A stretch of 53,011 bases of DNA from Paecilomyces variotii (lineage: Eukaryota). The position numbers were made by a program, and so were the translations under genes. A model generated the notes under the pieces. The model had not been told where the DNA came from. It saw only the letters and a program-made list of their open reading frames with translations, and made no database searches. Numbering within the stretch: position 1 is the stretch's first letter; every line of letters begins with the position of its first letter. Location: the NCBI GenBank assembly GCA_004022145.1, contig RCNU01000031.1; one strand, 5' to 3'. Shown here piece after piece: positions 25,784 to 39,718 of this stretch.

Positions 25784-28700
25784 TTAAACATCTAGTTTCC
25801 TCAACTTTATAAGCTCCTGAAACTCCTCAAATTTAATATAATCTAGTGGCTTTGTCAGGCTATCCGCTGGATTCATTTTACCGTCAATTTTCTATAGTTT
25901 GATCGTGTTATTAGCTGCTGTAGATCAAATAAAAAAATAGTAATTATTTAGCCATTTAGTAATCAGTTTATAACCCCTATTTCTAATTAAAATCATAGTA
26001 TTTACTGCATTAGTCCAGACGGGTATAGAGATCTCTAGATTTTATTTAAGATCTAGGGCGTAGGCCAGCTTTTTTATAAATATAGCTTCTTTTATTATAG
26101 AATCTAATATACAGAATTTAGCAATTATTATTAATAGAGCTATTATTTGCTGCTTCTTACTAGACTAGCTAATAGATACCCCTTTATATAGGATTATAAA
26201 TACTTTAGTTAAAATCTTGTTGGGGTTATTTTAGTAACTAGTATTTATATAAACTTTAATACCTATATTAGGATCTGCTTCTAATTTAATACTATAGTTA
26301 GAAGCTTGGCAGATATATTATAATAGATATTTTATTATTTTAATATCTTTATTATTTAGATTACTTACCTTTTATTATAAGCGGTTTATAGCTTAGGCTA
26401 GATCTAGCTATATTTTAATTGCTAACTAGCTTAACTTTCTAATAAGGGTTTAATATTTAATTTTAATATCCTTATTAGCTAGTTCCTCTAAAATCTTCGG
26501 TTTATATATTAATATTATAGGGACTTAGATTCTCGTCGGTTTATTATTATAGAAGCCGGAGTCAGTTAAAATAGCTGATATATAGTTAGCTTAGCTTATA
26601 GTAATTATTCTCTATTTCTAATCTTTATTAAGCTTGTAACCTAAGAAGTTAGAGGGTTTATTAAAGATCTTTATATTAAAGTAACTGCTTAAAATTATTA
26701 TAAATATATTAATATCCTCTTTTATAGATGCTGCTACAAGTATATTATTAATATAGATAATAATATACTATTCCCTGTCTAATATAAGAATATATAGATC
26801 TTCTTCTAGTGGCATAAAACCTATATTATAAAATTTATCTATAAGCGTTATATTCTATAGATTAGTAGATTCCTATAGTTTATATAGGGCGCAATAAAAT
26901 AGATAGATTTAATATTTCTTTATAGTAAATCCTATTAGCTATTATATATAGATTTATTTATTATTTAGTAGGGCGTTTAAATAAGCTGTAATAATATTAT
27001 ATTGAATCTAATATAACCTGTGTATAGTAATAAGGGTTAGAAATAGTTTAATAGCTGTCTCGCTTACTACTGGGCTATAGAATTATTTATATCTAATAGT
27101 TTGCTAAAAGTTACTATAAATTATTTATTTAGCTCTATATTCCTTTAGAAAGCTATTAGTGTTAGTCTTAATATTATATACTTATTTCCTTAATAGGATT
27201 TTAATATCTTTATTATTTAAATAAAGGACTAATAATTAGATCTGCTTAGTTTTAAGCTTCTATATTTAAGTCTCTATAGCTTATTGCTAATTATTAGCCT
27301 GCGGGGATTTAACTGCTTATTTATAGATACGGGGGATTTTAACTTTATAAGCTTATATAGGTTGTAGAGCTAGGGCTAAGATACTATAATATTTACCCTT
27401 TTTAGTCTTTATTACTTTCTTTGCTTAAGTTACTTAAATATTATAAGCTTGCTTATCTTTTAGCTAGGTGACTAGCTTTCTATCCTATATTAATTATAAT
27501 ATTTTCTCTATTAATTCTCTTATAAGTTGTAAGCTAATTAGATTAGTATAATTAATATCTTTATATTCCGCAGGATTAGTATTATAGAAATCTTTTTATA
27601 ATAGATTTAGAGAGGTCAGGATATCTTCAGATAGAGCTTAGTTAATTAGCTTATTTATCTAGGCATTTAGATTACCTATAGCAAGTTAGATAATATCTAT
27701 ATTCTTTTATATTTCTAATAATTACTATTTAATCTATTATTTAATCTAGGATATAAACAATAGAGTTCTAATATATTATTAGATAGTATCTTTAACTATT
27801 TAATAGATTAAATCGACTATTTATAGTTAATTCTTAATATATTGTCTTAGAATAGGTATTTCTGCTCTACTAGTAGTAGGCGCTAGACTCTTTAATATAG
27901 GATTTTTTATAATTGCAAGAGTTAATAGATTATTAGGATCTTTAAAAAATATAATATCTTTAGAGTATTTAATCTCTCCTATTTTAGGGATCTAGACCTT
28001 ATAGATATAACTATTATCTCCTTTATATTTGATTAAGTGTCCAATTTAGGCATAAAGTGCTATTTTAAATGCTTGCTTCCTGTCTTTTTTAGGTATATAG
28101 AGATATACTTAATAGCCCTAAACCTGTAAGTATTTTAAGGAGGGGTTTTTATTTAATATATTAAAATATTTCTTCTATTTTATAATAAGAGGTTTAGTTT
28201 TATTTTTTTACAGCAGTCTATTTATAATATAGATAGCAGTCTTAATTATAAATAGCTAGAGGTTTTTTAGGAGTCCTAAAGCTATTATTATTATATAAGC
28301 TAATAAGTTAAGATATCTTTTATAACATTCTAAAGTGCTATTACCCTCTGGGGTTTATAGAGATATTAGTTTAATCTTTAGTCTTTTAGCTTTAGTCTAA
28401 GACTTAAAGTTTAGGAATTCTCTCCTGCTATTAATTCTCTAGTATTATAGGTAATTATCTATTAGTAAGATGTTTTTAATCCCTTTAGCAAAAGAGATTA
28501 TATATTTTAAAGCTTTATCTTTTAATTTTAATATATAGATAAATTATATTCTTATAGCATTATCTATAATAATAAGATAATTAGTATATTCCTGAACTTT
28601 TAGCAGCTTTATAGGCTGGGTATTTATATAGAAAAATTCTGCTAGTTATAATATATAGGACTGGAGATCTCTAAATACTAGTTGCTTTATCTTTACTATA

Positions 28701-30250
28701 TAATATGCTTTATAATAAAAGTCTATATCCTTAGTAAGTTAGATAGCCATAGGGTTTAATTTAGTAATAGCTTTAAGCTTTATAATACTAGTATATCCTA
28801 TTCTCCTATATAGGAGTTCTAATAATATTATTAGTATAGCAATCTATCTGTAGAGCTTAAGCTATAGAATATCTTTATTTTTATATATATATTTAATAAT
28901 CTAATTAATATCTATATCTACTAGTCTATTATTTTGAGAGTTATACTATATTTTATATAGTATTTTGTTTTAGATTATAGAGAATAGATAGTATTTCTAC
29001 TTTAGCGTATATAGGGCGTAAATAAGAATATTATTTATATAACTGCTGTTAAGCTTAAGGTCTAGTCTAATAATATTTTTGCCTTTACTTTTGCCTAGAA
29101 TATTATTAGTATAGTTATATTTATATTATTATTTTTCTTTAGGGGTAAAGTCCCTATATTTAATAAACTAGGACTTATTATTGTATATATTTTTATATGC
29201 TCTTAAATCTACTATCCAGCTAGTTAATAGGACAGGTGTTACTAAAACTATTATCCTTATAAAGCTATTAAAATCTTTTTTTTCTTTATTTTATTTTTAT
29301 AGATTAGAGTTGACTTTTTTTTAATTTAGCAGAGTCTAGATACTCCTTAATAGGTATTATTAATTAGAGACTTTTTTTTAAGGTAATAGCAATCTGCAGA
29401 GTTATATTTAAATATATAGCAATATCTATATTTATCTTTAAAAAATAGCTTCTTCTCACATATCTTATAAGTAAAGTTTAAAGGGTCTTTACCTAAAGAT
29501 AGATTTTTTAATAATTTATTTAACTGCCTGATCTCCTAAATAAGAGTCTTATTTATAGATATAATAAGGACTGCTTAAGTGCTCTTATAAGATCTAGCTT
29601 AATTAATGGCTTTAAAGCTAAGTTATTAGAATTCCTCTATTATTATATCTATTAAGAGTTTATTCTGCTAAGCCTACTTAATATAATAAGAGTTAATCTA
29701 AGCTAATATTTTAGATTTAAGCTATTTAAGCATTAATATTACTGCACTAAAAGGTAAGAGAATTAAGCCTATATTATTTAATTTTATTATGCGATCTCTA
29801 AATTTAGTAATATATTGTTTAATTATTCTATATTAAGATCTGGTTATAATAACAGCTTATTAAAATATAAAGAATCTGCCTAAAGTTAAGCTGTAGTTAA
29901 TAATCTTTTTAATTGCTTTAATATATTTATTTATATAGATTAGTTTATTCAGCATAATTCTAATAGTTTTAATTAGCTTATAGTCTATCTAACCGCTAAT
30001 CTAGCTCTTTACTATTAAGCTAAGCTTCTTCTATATCTTATAGACTTTAGCTCTGTCTTAAAATATAAGTCTCCTAATAAATATATTAATCAGGTCTTTA
30101 TAATCTATAATTTTAAGGACTTCTTTAACTAGCCAGAGCTAGTTATTAAAATTACTGTTATTAATTAAATATTTGGCTATTATAAGTATTTTATCCTATA
30201 TAATCTTTAGCAGCTTTAATCCTTAATAAATTATAATTGCTAGAGCTGTT
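25784..30250 (-). pseudogene. Copia gag-pol polyprotein (RIP-inactivated)
   Basis: Zinc knuckle YRYCYIFKYNSADC (~29390-29430). Protease WIVDLRA (from WIVDSGA, ~29200). Integrase RINSRREF (from RIDGGREF) and TPEGNSTLE (~28330-28440). RT ALYKL*ES (from ALYGLRES, ~26880) and IYINNIL (from YVDD, ~26750). RNase H MNPADSLTKPL (~25845-25878). Confidence 0.92.
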
Positions 30251-30426
30251 GGGAGGGTTAATGCTAGAGATAGGGTTATTATCTTAAAGGATCGGTCTAT
30301 TCAAGGGTAAAGATCTGTTAGTTTAACTCCTTATCTGGGTATTGTTTAATTGAAGTTAAATTAAAGCTCTAAGGTATCCGGCTTGTCTATTTAAAATAGT
30401 AATGAGGCTGAGCCGGGCTTATAACC

Positions 30427-30565
30427 TCTTAGAGCTGACGAAAATGCTTAATTAAGGAAGCTATCTAGGGGGAAGCTAAACTGATCTATCTGGCCACTAC
30501 TCTGCTGACTAAGCTAACTGCTAGCGCGGGCGACTACTACTAGAGCCCCTAGGGGCACCGAAATA
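30427..30565 (-). repeat. 5' LTR of Copia
   Basis: Direct repeat of 25585-25723; the outer 2 nt are ambiguous with the TSD. Confidence 0.9.
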
Positions 30566-33544
30566 AGTTATAATATAGCCGTAGCTATTTATATAATAAT
30601 AGGTAATGCAATATTAGATAATGCGATATTAGATAATATAATATCAGAGGCTTTAATAATAAGAAAATGCGGTATTAATTTTTAATAATAATTAGTATTA
30701 TATAGATGATTATAGAGCTTATTATTTAATTAGAAGACTGCCTAGTATAGCTAGTATTTAAATAGAGGAGTAATTTATGGTGCGGTATAATTAATATAAG
30801 TATTATAATTATTTTTAATATAGTCTATATATTAAGGATTATTATATTTACCTTAGTAACTATTTTAATAGTAATAGCTATTATATTTTTTAAAAAAGTT
30901 AATTAGATCTAGGGTCTGATTAAGAGGTGCTATATTATATACTTCTAAGCTAAGTATATTATAACCTTATTAACTATAATTCTTATCTATAGTATTTATA
31001 GCTTAACCTATTCTAGTGTTTATATAGGCTGCAGCTTGCGATTATATTAAAAAAGAAAGATCTTAATTATTATTTCTATATTATTAGGAGTAGTTTTTAT
31101 TTAGGGCCTAATACTAATTTTAGTTATTATATTATAGGAATTAGCATAGCTATACTAGGGGTTAGCCTGTATTCTATATCTAATATTATTATATTTATAT
31201 ATTAGACTAATTTAGTCGGTAAGGTATTTTATAGCCTTAACTTCTAGTCTTTCTATCTCTAATCTGGTTATTAGTATTAGTATTATATTAGTTCTGCCTT
31301 AGTGCGACTAGAAAGGGAGAATAATAAGAAAAGGGAGTTTTTTAGTTATTATAATTATATTATTAGTAATAATATCTATTCTTATCTGCTTATTTTTACC
31401 AGACAGTATATGCTTTTTTAATATATTTAATAAAGTTAGAGAGTATAGTGTTAAGTTATAGTACCTATATATCTTATTTCAAAGATAGTAAAAATTTATT
31501 TTATGTAACTAAAAGCTAACTATATATCTTAATAAAGCCTGTAGTATGTAATAGTTATAATACTTATTAAATAAACCCTTAGGGTATTTAACCTGCAGCG
31601 ATATCTTACATAATATAGCATAAAGATTCTAATTATCTTATTACTATAGTAGTATTAAGCTTAAAGTGCTTTATTATTATAGAGATCTATCCCTCTTTAA
31701 TTAGGTAATTCTATAGGAAGTTATAATTATTATTAGATAATTCTGCTATATACTATTATAATATAAGGCCTTATAAAAATCTTTAGATATAGCCTTAGAC
31801 TAGGGCTTCTCCTTTTATTATAGTTAAGTTATAAATATAATTAATAAAAATATATATATTCCTATAATATATATAATTACCAACTATAACTATTAGGCCT
31901 ATACTAATATAGTCTATATTGCTAAAGTTAGAATAAAAGTATCTTAGCTCTATCTGCTTCTATAGTATACTATTAATTATAGCGCTTATTAGTATCCCTA
32001 GGGTAAATCTAGTATTTAGGTTTGCTAAAGAATTATAGTAAAGATTTTAATTTTAAACTAGTTATTATTATTAATCTTACTGTTATTAATGCTATTATTA
32101 TTAGTATTAGTATTGCTATTATTAATAGCTGGGTTAGCTATTATTCTAAGCTATATTATTTTGCGCTATATTATTCTAATTTATAAGATATTTTATTATT
32201 TAGCAATTTTAGTCTAATATAACCCTTATATTTTTTATTATTTACTGATTTAATTCTATTATCTGCTAGAATATCTTTATTAATATAGTATTAGAGTTAA
32301 TAGCTAGTAGTGCTAGAGATATAGCTAGGTTAGTAATATTTACTATATTATTAATATTTGCTACTAGCCGTGCTAAGATTTTATCTAGATAATATAGCAG
32401 TAGATCTAGGAAAGAATATAATAGGTTAAATAAGGCCCTTTAATATCTAGCTCCCTAGCTCTAGAAAATAAAATTCTAAAATCTAAGAATTAGATTAAGT
32501 AAGGCTAATTAAGGGGATATAGCAATTAGAATTTATAACCTAGATTACTTCTATTAGTATTTATCTTATAATAAAGTTATAAAGATGCTATAAAAATATA
32601 TAGAATATAGTTTACCTAATAGCTATATAAGTTCTAATATAAAGTTAGTTAAGTCTACTATAGCAGATTACTATTTTTAAAAAGTAAGATATTCTATTAA
32701 TATTATTATAAATCTGAGAAAGTCTTTAATAGCACTATAAAGGATAAACTGATCTATTACCTATAATATAGGAAATATAAATTATTTTACTTAAGGAGGT
32801 AATACCTATAGCTTAATCTAAAATACCTTAATATAAGCTAATAAAATATACTTTAAAAAATTATATCCTAGATAATAGGATAAAATAAAATTAATAAAAT
32901 TAATAGTTTTATAGTTAAGCTAATCCTTAAACTAAGAAGTTATTATTTAAAAAGCTGCTAAACTATATATAAGCTCTAATATTTCTCTAGATAATATAGG
33001 GAGATATTAGCTCTAATTTATCTCTTCTAAAGGCTAGCTTATTATAGAGGCTTAATTTTAGCTTTTCTAGGCGAGATACCTAATAAGAGAGATTAAAACT
33101 AGATTATAATAATACTGAAGATAAAAATAATAAAACTAATAATATAATATAGGATTCTAATAAAAAAGGTAGGGCTTTAGATATAAGTATTCTTAGCTAA
33201 CCTATAGTATCCCTAGGTGTAGGATATATAAAGAGATAGCTTAACACAAATATTTTAATAAGAGATATTAATTTAGGGCTAACGGAGGCAGAACTAGATA
33301 ATATTGAGATAAATCTTAATAAAAAGGATAGGTAATATAAAGACTTTTTAATAAAAAGGATAAGTAATATAAAGACTTCTAATAATAATAGATAACTTTA
33401 TATATAATAGGGAAGAGACTGCGGATAACTTACTAGCATCAGGAGCTAGCTTAATAATTAAATAATATAATAGATTACTATAATAGTTTTTAGGATACTC
33501 CTAATAATAGTTAGGCCCTAGATAACCTTAATATATTACTAAAT

Positions 33545-33711
33545 TATTATAGTATAGGGGATAAAAAAGTTATCCTTCTATTAGCTATATAAGGAAGTAA
33601 CTATATAGCTAATTATTGCCTGAGGCTTCTATACCTTATATCTTTATGCCCCATTAAGGTAGCAGGCAGGCGACGCTAAGGTAGTATTATATACCTATGT
33701 CTATGTTAATT
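33545..33711 (-). repeat. 5' LTR of Gypsy A4
   Basis: Direct repeat of 22493-22659, followed on the minus strand by the PBS relic and an interior matching A1/A3. Confidence 0.92.
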
Positions 33712-36700
33712 ATTATAGGCCTTATACTTTAGTTCTTTATTAGAGGCTCTTCTAAATATATTAAAGCTATTATTATTCTTAGAGTTATTATTAGCGCTAG
33801 AGGCATTTGCAAAATTTTTAAGTTTTTTCTTTACTCTTAACTATAAAAGAGAATAATAGCTTTAGTCTTTTAAGGGGTTTAAGTCTCTTAAGGAAGTTCT
33901 TATATTTAGTTCTAGCATTAATTATAAATAAAGCTAGTTAATTATTAATTACTTTTTAAGGGCTTAAAAAGATATTTATAAAGGTATTAGACCTTATTAA
34001 TTATTATAAGCCTTAAAAAGATAGGTCTTAAACTAGCAGTCTAGGGGAAATAAAATATTATAATTCTTTTACTGCGCTAATTACTACCTTATACTTATAT
34101 TTTTAAAGTAAGATTAGATAATTAATTAGCTGCGATATTACTATATTATCCCTAAAAATTTAGAGAAAAGATAGCGAGGTAATAGTAATATAAAGCTAGG
34201 GATTACTTAAGTATAAATAATAATTAATAACCTTGCTATTAATTTATATAATCTGCCTAATATTTAAGGCTTAGATATTAATCTAATATTTATTTTAAGG
34301 AATATTGCAGGCAATATAAAAGGTATTATAGATTATTTAATTATTAACCTTATTATTATATATAGTAATCTTAATAAAAAAGATTAAATATTTGCTATTA
34401 CTATTAGGGGTTAGGTCTATAACTTAGCCTATAACTTACCTACTGAAAAATAGCGTTGGCGGTATTAATTAAGGGATTAAATTAGTATACTTTTTAGAGT
34501 TAAGATTGCCTTTATAAGGAGAATATAAATTAGCCTTAATTATAATCTTAGGAGGGTTTAGCTTATTCTGCCTTAATATTAAGATCCCTAATATTATAGC
34601 GATAGCATTAATATAAAACTAAATATTACTATTAATATAATAATTAGTTATAAAATTAATTATATCTATATAGATTAAGTTCTTAAGAAATATATAGTCT
34701 TTAACTATTATATAGATATTAAAAATCTAGTTTATAGCTTATAATATAAGCAGATAAATATATAGTAGTATAATAATGCCTGTAATAGAGCAATAATTAA
34801 TATTAATAGAGCTAAATATAATAAAGAATATAATAGAATATAGTATAAAGATAATAAAAAAGACTAATAGTATTATAATCTTAAGAGAAAATAATATATA
34901 TTAGAATAAAATAATAGCAGGTAAAATATCTCTTATATATAGTAATTAGTAAGTATAATCTTAGAGAGTTATAATCTTAAGCTATAATTTTAATTTTAAG
35001 CGCTATAATTTTAATAGTATAGCCTTATACTCCTTATTATTTTATATTAATAATAAGGCCCTAATATCTTTTTTATAGCAGTATTATTTAATTTAATAAA
35101 GTTTAATTCTATTAAATTTAATAGCGCAGTCCTTATTAAGGGTAATAAATCTAAGGCTAAAAAATATAGCTAATAATAGATTTAACTATATAATAGAGAA
35201 GTACTAAAAAATCTTTAGATAGACTTTATTTATAATAACTTAAGCTTTATTATTTAGAAAAAAGAGTACTAATAAATTCTAAGCTTAAGTTATTTATAAT
35301 AGAGTAATATAAAACTGATTATAGATAAAGATAAGGATATATAAATTAATCCTAATATATTAAAAAAACTATCTTTAAGACTTATTAATAGTTATAGCAA
35401 ATGCTAAGTATATAGAGAACTAAAGATAATATAATATAAAGTAGAACTCCTTTAGAGCAGTTATTAGCTTTATTAAAAAATAAGGTAAGTCTCCTTATTA
35501 AATTTACTACTATTAAGCTAAATCTTAAGATAATAAATAATTATATATAGTAGGGTTAAGCAGGTATTATTATAGAGTCCTTTTAGGGAATTTATATTAT
35601 ATATTAGAATAAAAGAAGTCTCTATCTTTATTTATAGCTTATCTAAAGAGATCTTTAAGGAGATAATATTATAAAGGGTTTTAATACTAATCTTTTTATT
35701 AGGGAGATTATTATTAAGATTATAAGTATCTATAGAATATAATATAATTATATCCTTAGGGAATTAAGCTAATAAATAAGCATTAATAGATTTAATATCT
35801 ATATTCTAAGAGGTTAAGATAGCATAGCTATAGAAGAAATCTAGATTTTAAGAGATAGTCTATAAGTAATCTAGTAAGTAGATATAATTAATAAATTTAT
35901 CTATATTAATAGTCTAGTAAATAAAGAATAGTAGTAAGATATTATTAATAAACTGGGGCTTATAATTAAGCTAAGATAATTACTTAACTAACTAATAATT
36001 TTTAGGGTTAGTTATCTTTAGCTATATATTCTCTATAAATAATAATACCTGGGACTAATTAAAGATCTAGCTATATTAAAGATTTATTCTTATAATCTCT
36101 ATCTAATTATTATAGGGAATAATAGGTAGAATTTATTAGAAGTTACCCTTTAAGATAATTAGAATATTACTAAAAGGCTTCTTATATCTAGGCAGATTAT
36201 AGTAAAGGTCTTAAAAGGTTTAATTTATAATATTATAAATATAACAGTATATTATAGTTATCTTATTCTAAATAATTAAAAATATTATCTAGATTAACTC
36301 TGCTAAATAGGTGCTATAGTTAATAAAATAGGTTAATTATTTATTAATATTAATAAGGATATAAAATTATTTATAAGTAATATAATTCCCAGAGAGAAAT
36401 AATATAGTAATCTCTATTAAGGCAATATATAAAATAATCTTATCTTAAGATTATAGATAGCAATATAATATAATATAAAAAAAGATTTTCCTTATACTTT
36501 TAAGGCTATAAAAAAAGAAGTAAGTATTAGTTAAGGTATTTATAATAGCCTTTATAATTATATTAAAAGCCTAATATTAGTTCTAATTTAACTATAGGAT
36601 AAAGATTTTTACCTGTTAAATCTGCTAAATATAATTATAATTAGTCTTATATAAGATCTCTAGATTTAGAGTAGTCTAGTTTTAATTATTAAAATAGGAA

Positions 36701-36924
36701 GTTAAAAATCCTATAATATCTTTTTTTCTCCTTTAAGATTATTTATTATAAGGAAGAGGCTATAATTATAATAGGAAATATAGTCTAGGGTAAAATTATA
36801 TTATAATTAATTGCGCTTAATCTAATACTAGAGATTATTATAGATATTATTCTTATATTTCTCCTAGAGCCTATTAATATTAAAAAGGTCCTTAAAAGTT
36901 ATAACTATAAAAAGTAACTGCTAA

Positions 36925-37167
36925 TGTTATAGCGCTAACCTAGCACTTATATAGTAAGGAGACGGAGCGGGAAATTAACCGGCAGAACTCTTAACTGCTT
37001 ATACTATTTAAAAGTAGTTAGGAAATAAAAGATCTTATAAATAAAAGAATTAAGATTCTTTCTCTAAATTCTTTTTTTTTTCTCTCTCTAGCTTAAAGTT
37101 CTCTATTATACTATTTTACTAGATTAAAAGCTTTAATAAATCTAATTTAATCTGCTTAAGCATAATA
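36925..37167 (+). repeat. 5' LTR of element F
   Basis: Direct repeat of 39719-39961; TATA-like TATAAATAAAAG at ~37036. Confidence 0.92.
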
Positions 37168-39718
37168 TTATTTTAAGCTTATTCTATTATCTTATTTATT
37201 TTATTTTTATAAGGTTTTTTACTTAAGTATACTTTACTACTTATAAAATCTATCTAATATTAAATATTAGACTCTAAATTAGGCCTTATTATAGTAAAGC
37301 CTACTAATAAATTTAAATACCCCTAGGGTAATCTTAAGGATTATAATATATAGCTTAATTAAGAACTAAAGAAAAAAACTAATAATTATTATATCTTATT
37401 TTATTAAAATAATAAACTAATTAAGCTCTCTTAGGATAAGTTCTAAAAGCTCCTTAAAAAAAACCCTATTAAAATCTAGGATATATAGTATTATACTGCT
37501 ATTATTCTCCTAAAAAAGATTAATAATTTAAAATATATTAAATACCTAAACTAATATAAAATTAAATATAATTATAACCTTGCCCGATAAATCTATTAGG
37601 AGAAATATTATATAATAAAGGTAGAATAATAAATTGTAGAACTTATCTAAAAATAAAAGAAATATAAAGAGGCTCTTATTAATATAGCCCTTTATCTTAG
37701 ATATAAGAGTACCCTAAGACTTAAAGGTAAATAGCCTTAATATTCTATTAAGCTGCCTAACTCTCCCCTTCTTATTAATAGAAAAGATCTTAAGTTTAAT
37801 AATTAGTTATTATAGATTAAAAATAAGCTAAGAATAAATGCTGACTATTATAGAAGTAAATATTTTTATATTATATATATTTAAAGCCGCCTGGGTAAAA
37901 AGATTATAGCTTATATATCTTTAAGATTCTATAAAAATTTAAACCTCCCTTTTTAGACTACTGAACAAATATTTAACTATCTTTAAGCTATATTTTATAA
38001 CTTAAATTAATAATAGATTATAAGATATTAATTTATTAATCTATATATAAAAATATATTAAAAGTATAATAGTTTCCTTATAGAGTTTATAAGGCTAATA
38101 GAAGAAATAGGTATCTACCCTAATAATTACTAACTTAAGATATATAATAAGATTACTCTATTTCTTAGAAGTCTTATTATTAGCCAGTATTATTAAATTA
38201 AGGACTTTAATAATTTTAAAGATATTTATTAAAGCTAGTTAAACTAAGAACTTAAATATAAGAACTTTCTCCTAGACTTTATCTAACTAACTAGTAATAG
38301 TTTATCTATCCTTAAAATTAATACCAGAACCTCTATTGCCGATTATAAGACTTTTATAAAGAAAAAAAAAGTACTTTTTTTATAAAGCAAAGGGGTATCT
38401 TATTATTAATTGCTTATTTAAGAAAGTAATAATAGATATTAAAAATCTAGAGATTAAGAAGAAGGAGAATAAATAGGACTTAGAAAAAGCTAATCTCTAG
38501 ACTAAGACTCTAACCTAGGGGTTAATAGGGAATTAGCAGAGATTAATCTTAATCGCCTCTTAGATAGTAATTACCTTATTAAACCTAGCTTAATTTATAA
38601 AAATAGATATAATATTAAGCTCTTTACCCTATTAGATTTTAGAGCAAATAAGCTCTGTTTTTTTAATAGCTTATTAGTCCTATTAATTATTTAATTCTTA
38701 AATATCTCTTTAAAACCTCTAAGCCGACCTACATTTATTAATAGCTATAATAATAGAACTAAAGAATAAATAGGCTATATATTTATTATTAACTTAAAGA
38801 TTAATAAAAGAATCTATTTAAACTTCCTAATACTAGTTACTGACCTAGGTTATTATAATTTAATCCTTAGATAAAAATAGATAGCTAAAGAGTTTATTCT
38901 TTTAAACACTTAAAACTAATAATTAATTTAGCTGTATAATAATCTATAAACTTATTAATTTTAATAAGAGCTAATTGCTATAAAGAAGGATCTAATAAGA
39001 TTACTCTTAAACCCTAAATATTAATAAGATACTAATAGAAGAGACTAATAGATAGAGAAATAGATCTAGATTTTAAAATAAAAGAATTCTCCCTATTACT
39101 AGCTGCTATAAACTAAATAAGTTAATATTTAATTAGCTTTAATAAAAATATAATATAAATTAAGAGACTAATCTAATCTCCTGCCTTTAATAATTATAAA
39201 ACTATATCCTCCTATAATAAATATAGGGAAAATACTAGATATTATATATATAGAAGTTAAGGGGTTTTAATAAGTATTATATAAGAAGGATATAAAAGTC
39301 TTTATTATTAGCTTATATAAGATTAATAAGATTATTAAATAGAAGTCCCCGATTATATAAGAAGAATAGGAACTCTTAAAGCTAATCTATAAATATCTTC
39401 CTATAGTCTATAAGGACTTCTTAGATATTTTCTCTAAGCAAGCATTAAACGAATTGCCTCCTTACCGGCCCTACGACTACAAGATAGAACTTAAAGGGGA
39501 AATCCCCCTAGGATATTAACCTCTCTATAAACAATCGCTGCAAGAGTTACAGACGCTGAAGCTCCGGGATTTTCACGACGAATTCCCTAATAAACCCGGG
39601 CCGCAAGCTAATCTAGACTATTAGATCAACTGCGCTAATAAAGATCTTAATCTAGAAGACCGATAGGATAATAATTATCTTGCCAATTTAGGGACGAATC
39701 GGCCTAAATAGGGGGTAA

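Larger units (their letters stand above)
25585..30565 (-). mobile_element. Ty1/Copia retrotransposon, ~5.0 kb, both LTRs, nested in Gypsy A4
   Basis: ~139-bp LTRs (25585-25723, 30427-30565). PBS GGTTATAAGCCC (copia-type GGTTATGRGCCC) next to the 5' LTR; PPT AAAGGGGG next to the 3' LTR. Domain order gag-PR-IN-RT-RH. Confidence 0.94.
22493..33711 (-). mobile_element. Gypsy family A, copy A4: both LTRs, chromodomain, internal RT deletion, nested Copia
   Basis: 167-bp LTRs at 22493-22659 and 33545-33711, TSD ATTAT (22488-22492 / 33712-33716), and a PPT reading AGAGAGGGCA on the minus strand at 22660-22669. RNase H end RFNLIFTYKPGYNNIIIDML (from KPG..N..AD.L) at ~24400-24460. Confidence 0.92.

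Noticed and set aside
2968-33711. Recurring ~165-bp GC-richer repeats as a CRISPR-like or ncRNA array
   Set aside because: They are LTRs with PBS, PPT and TSD, irregularly spaced by kilobases.
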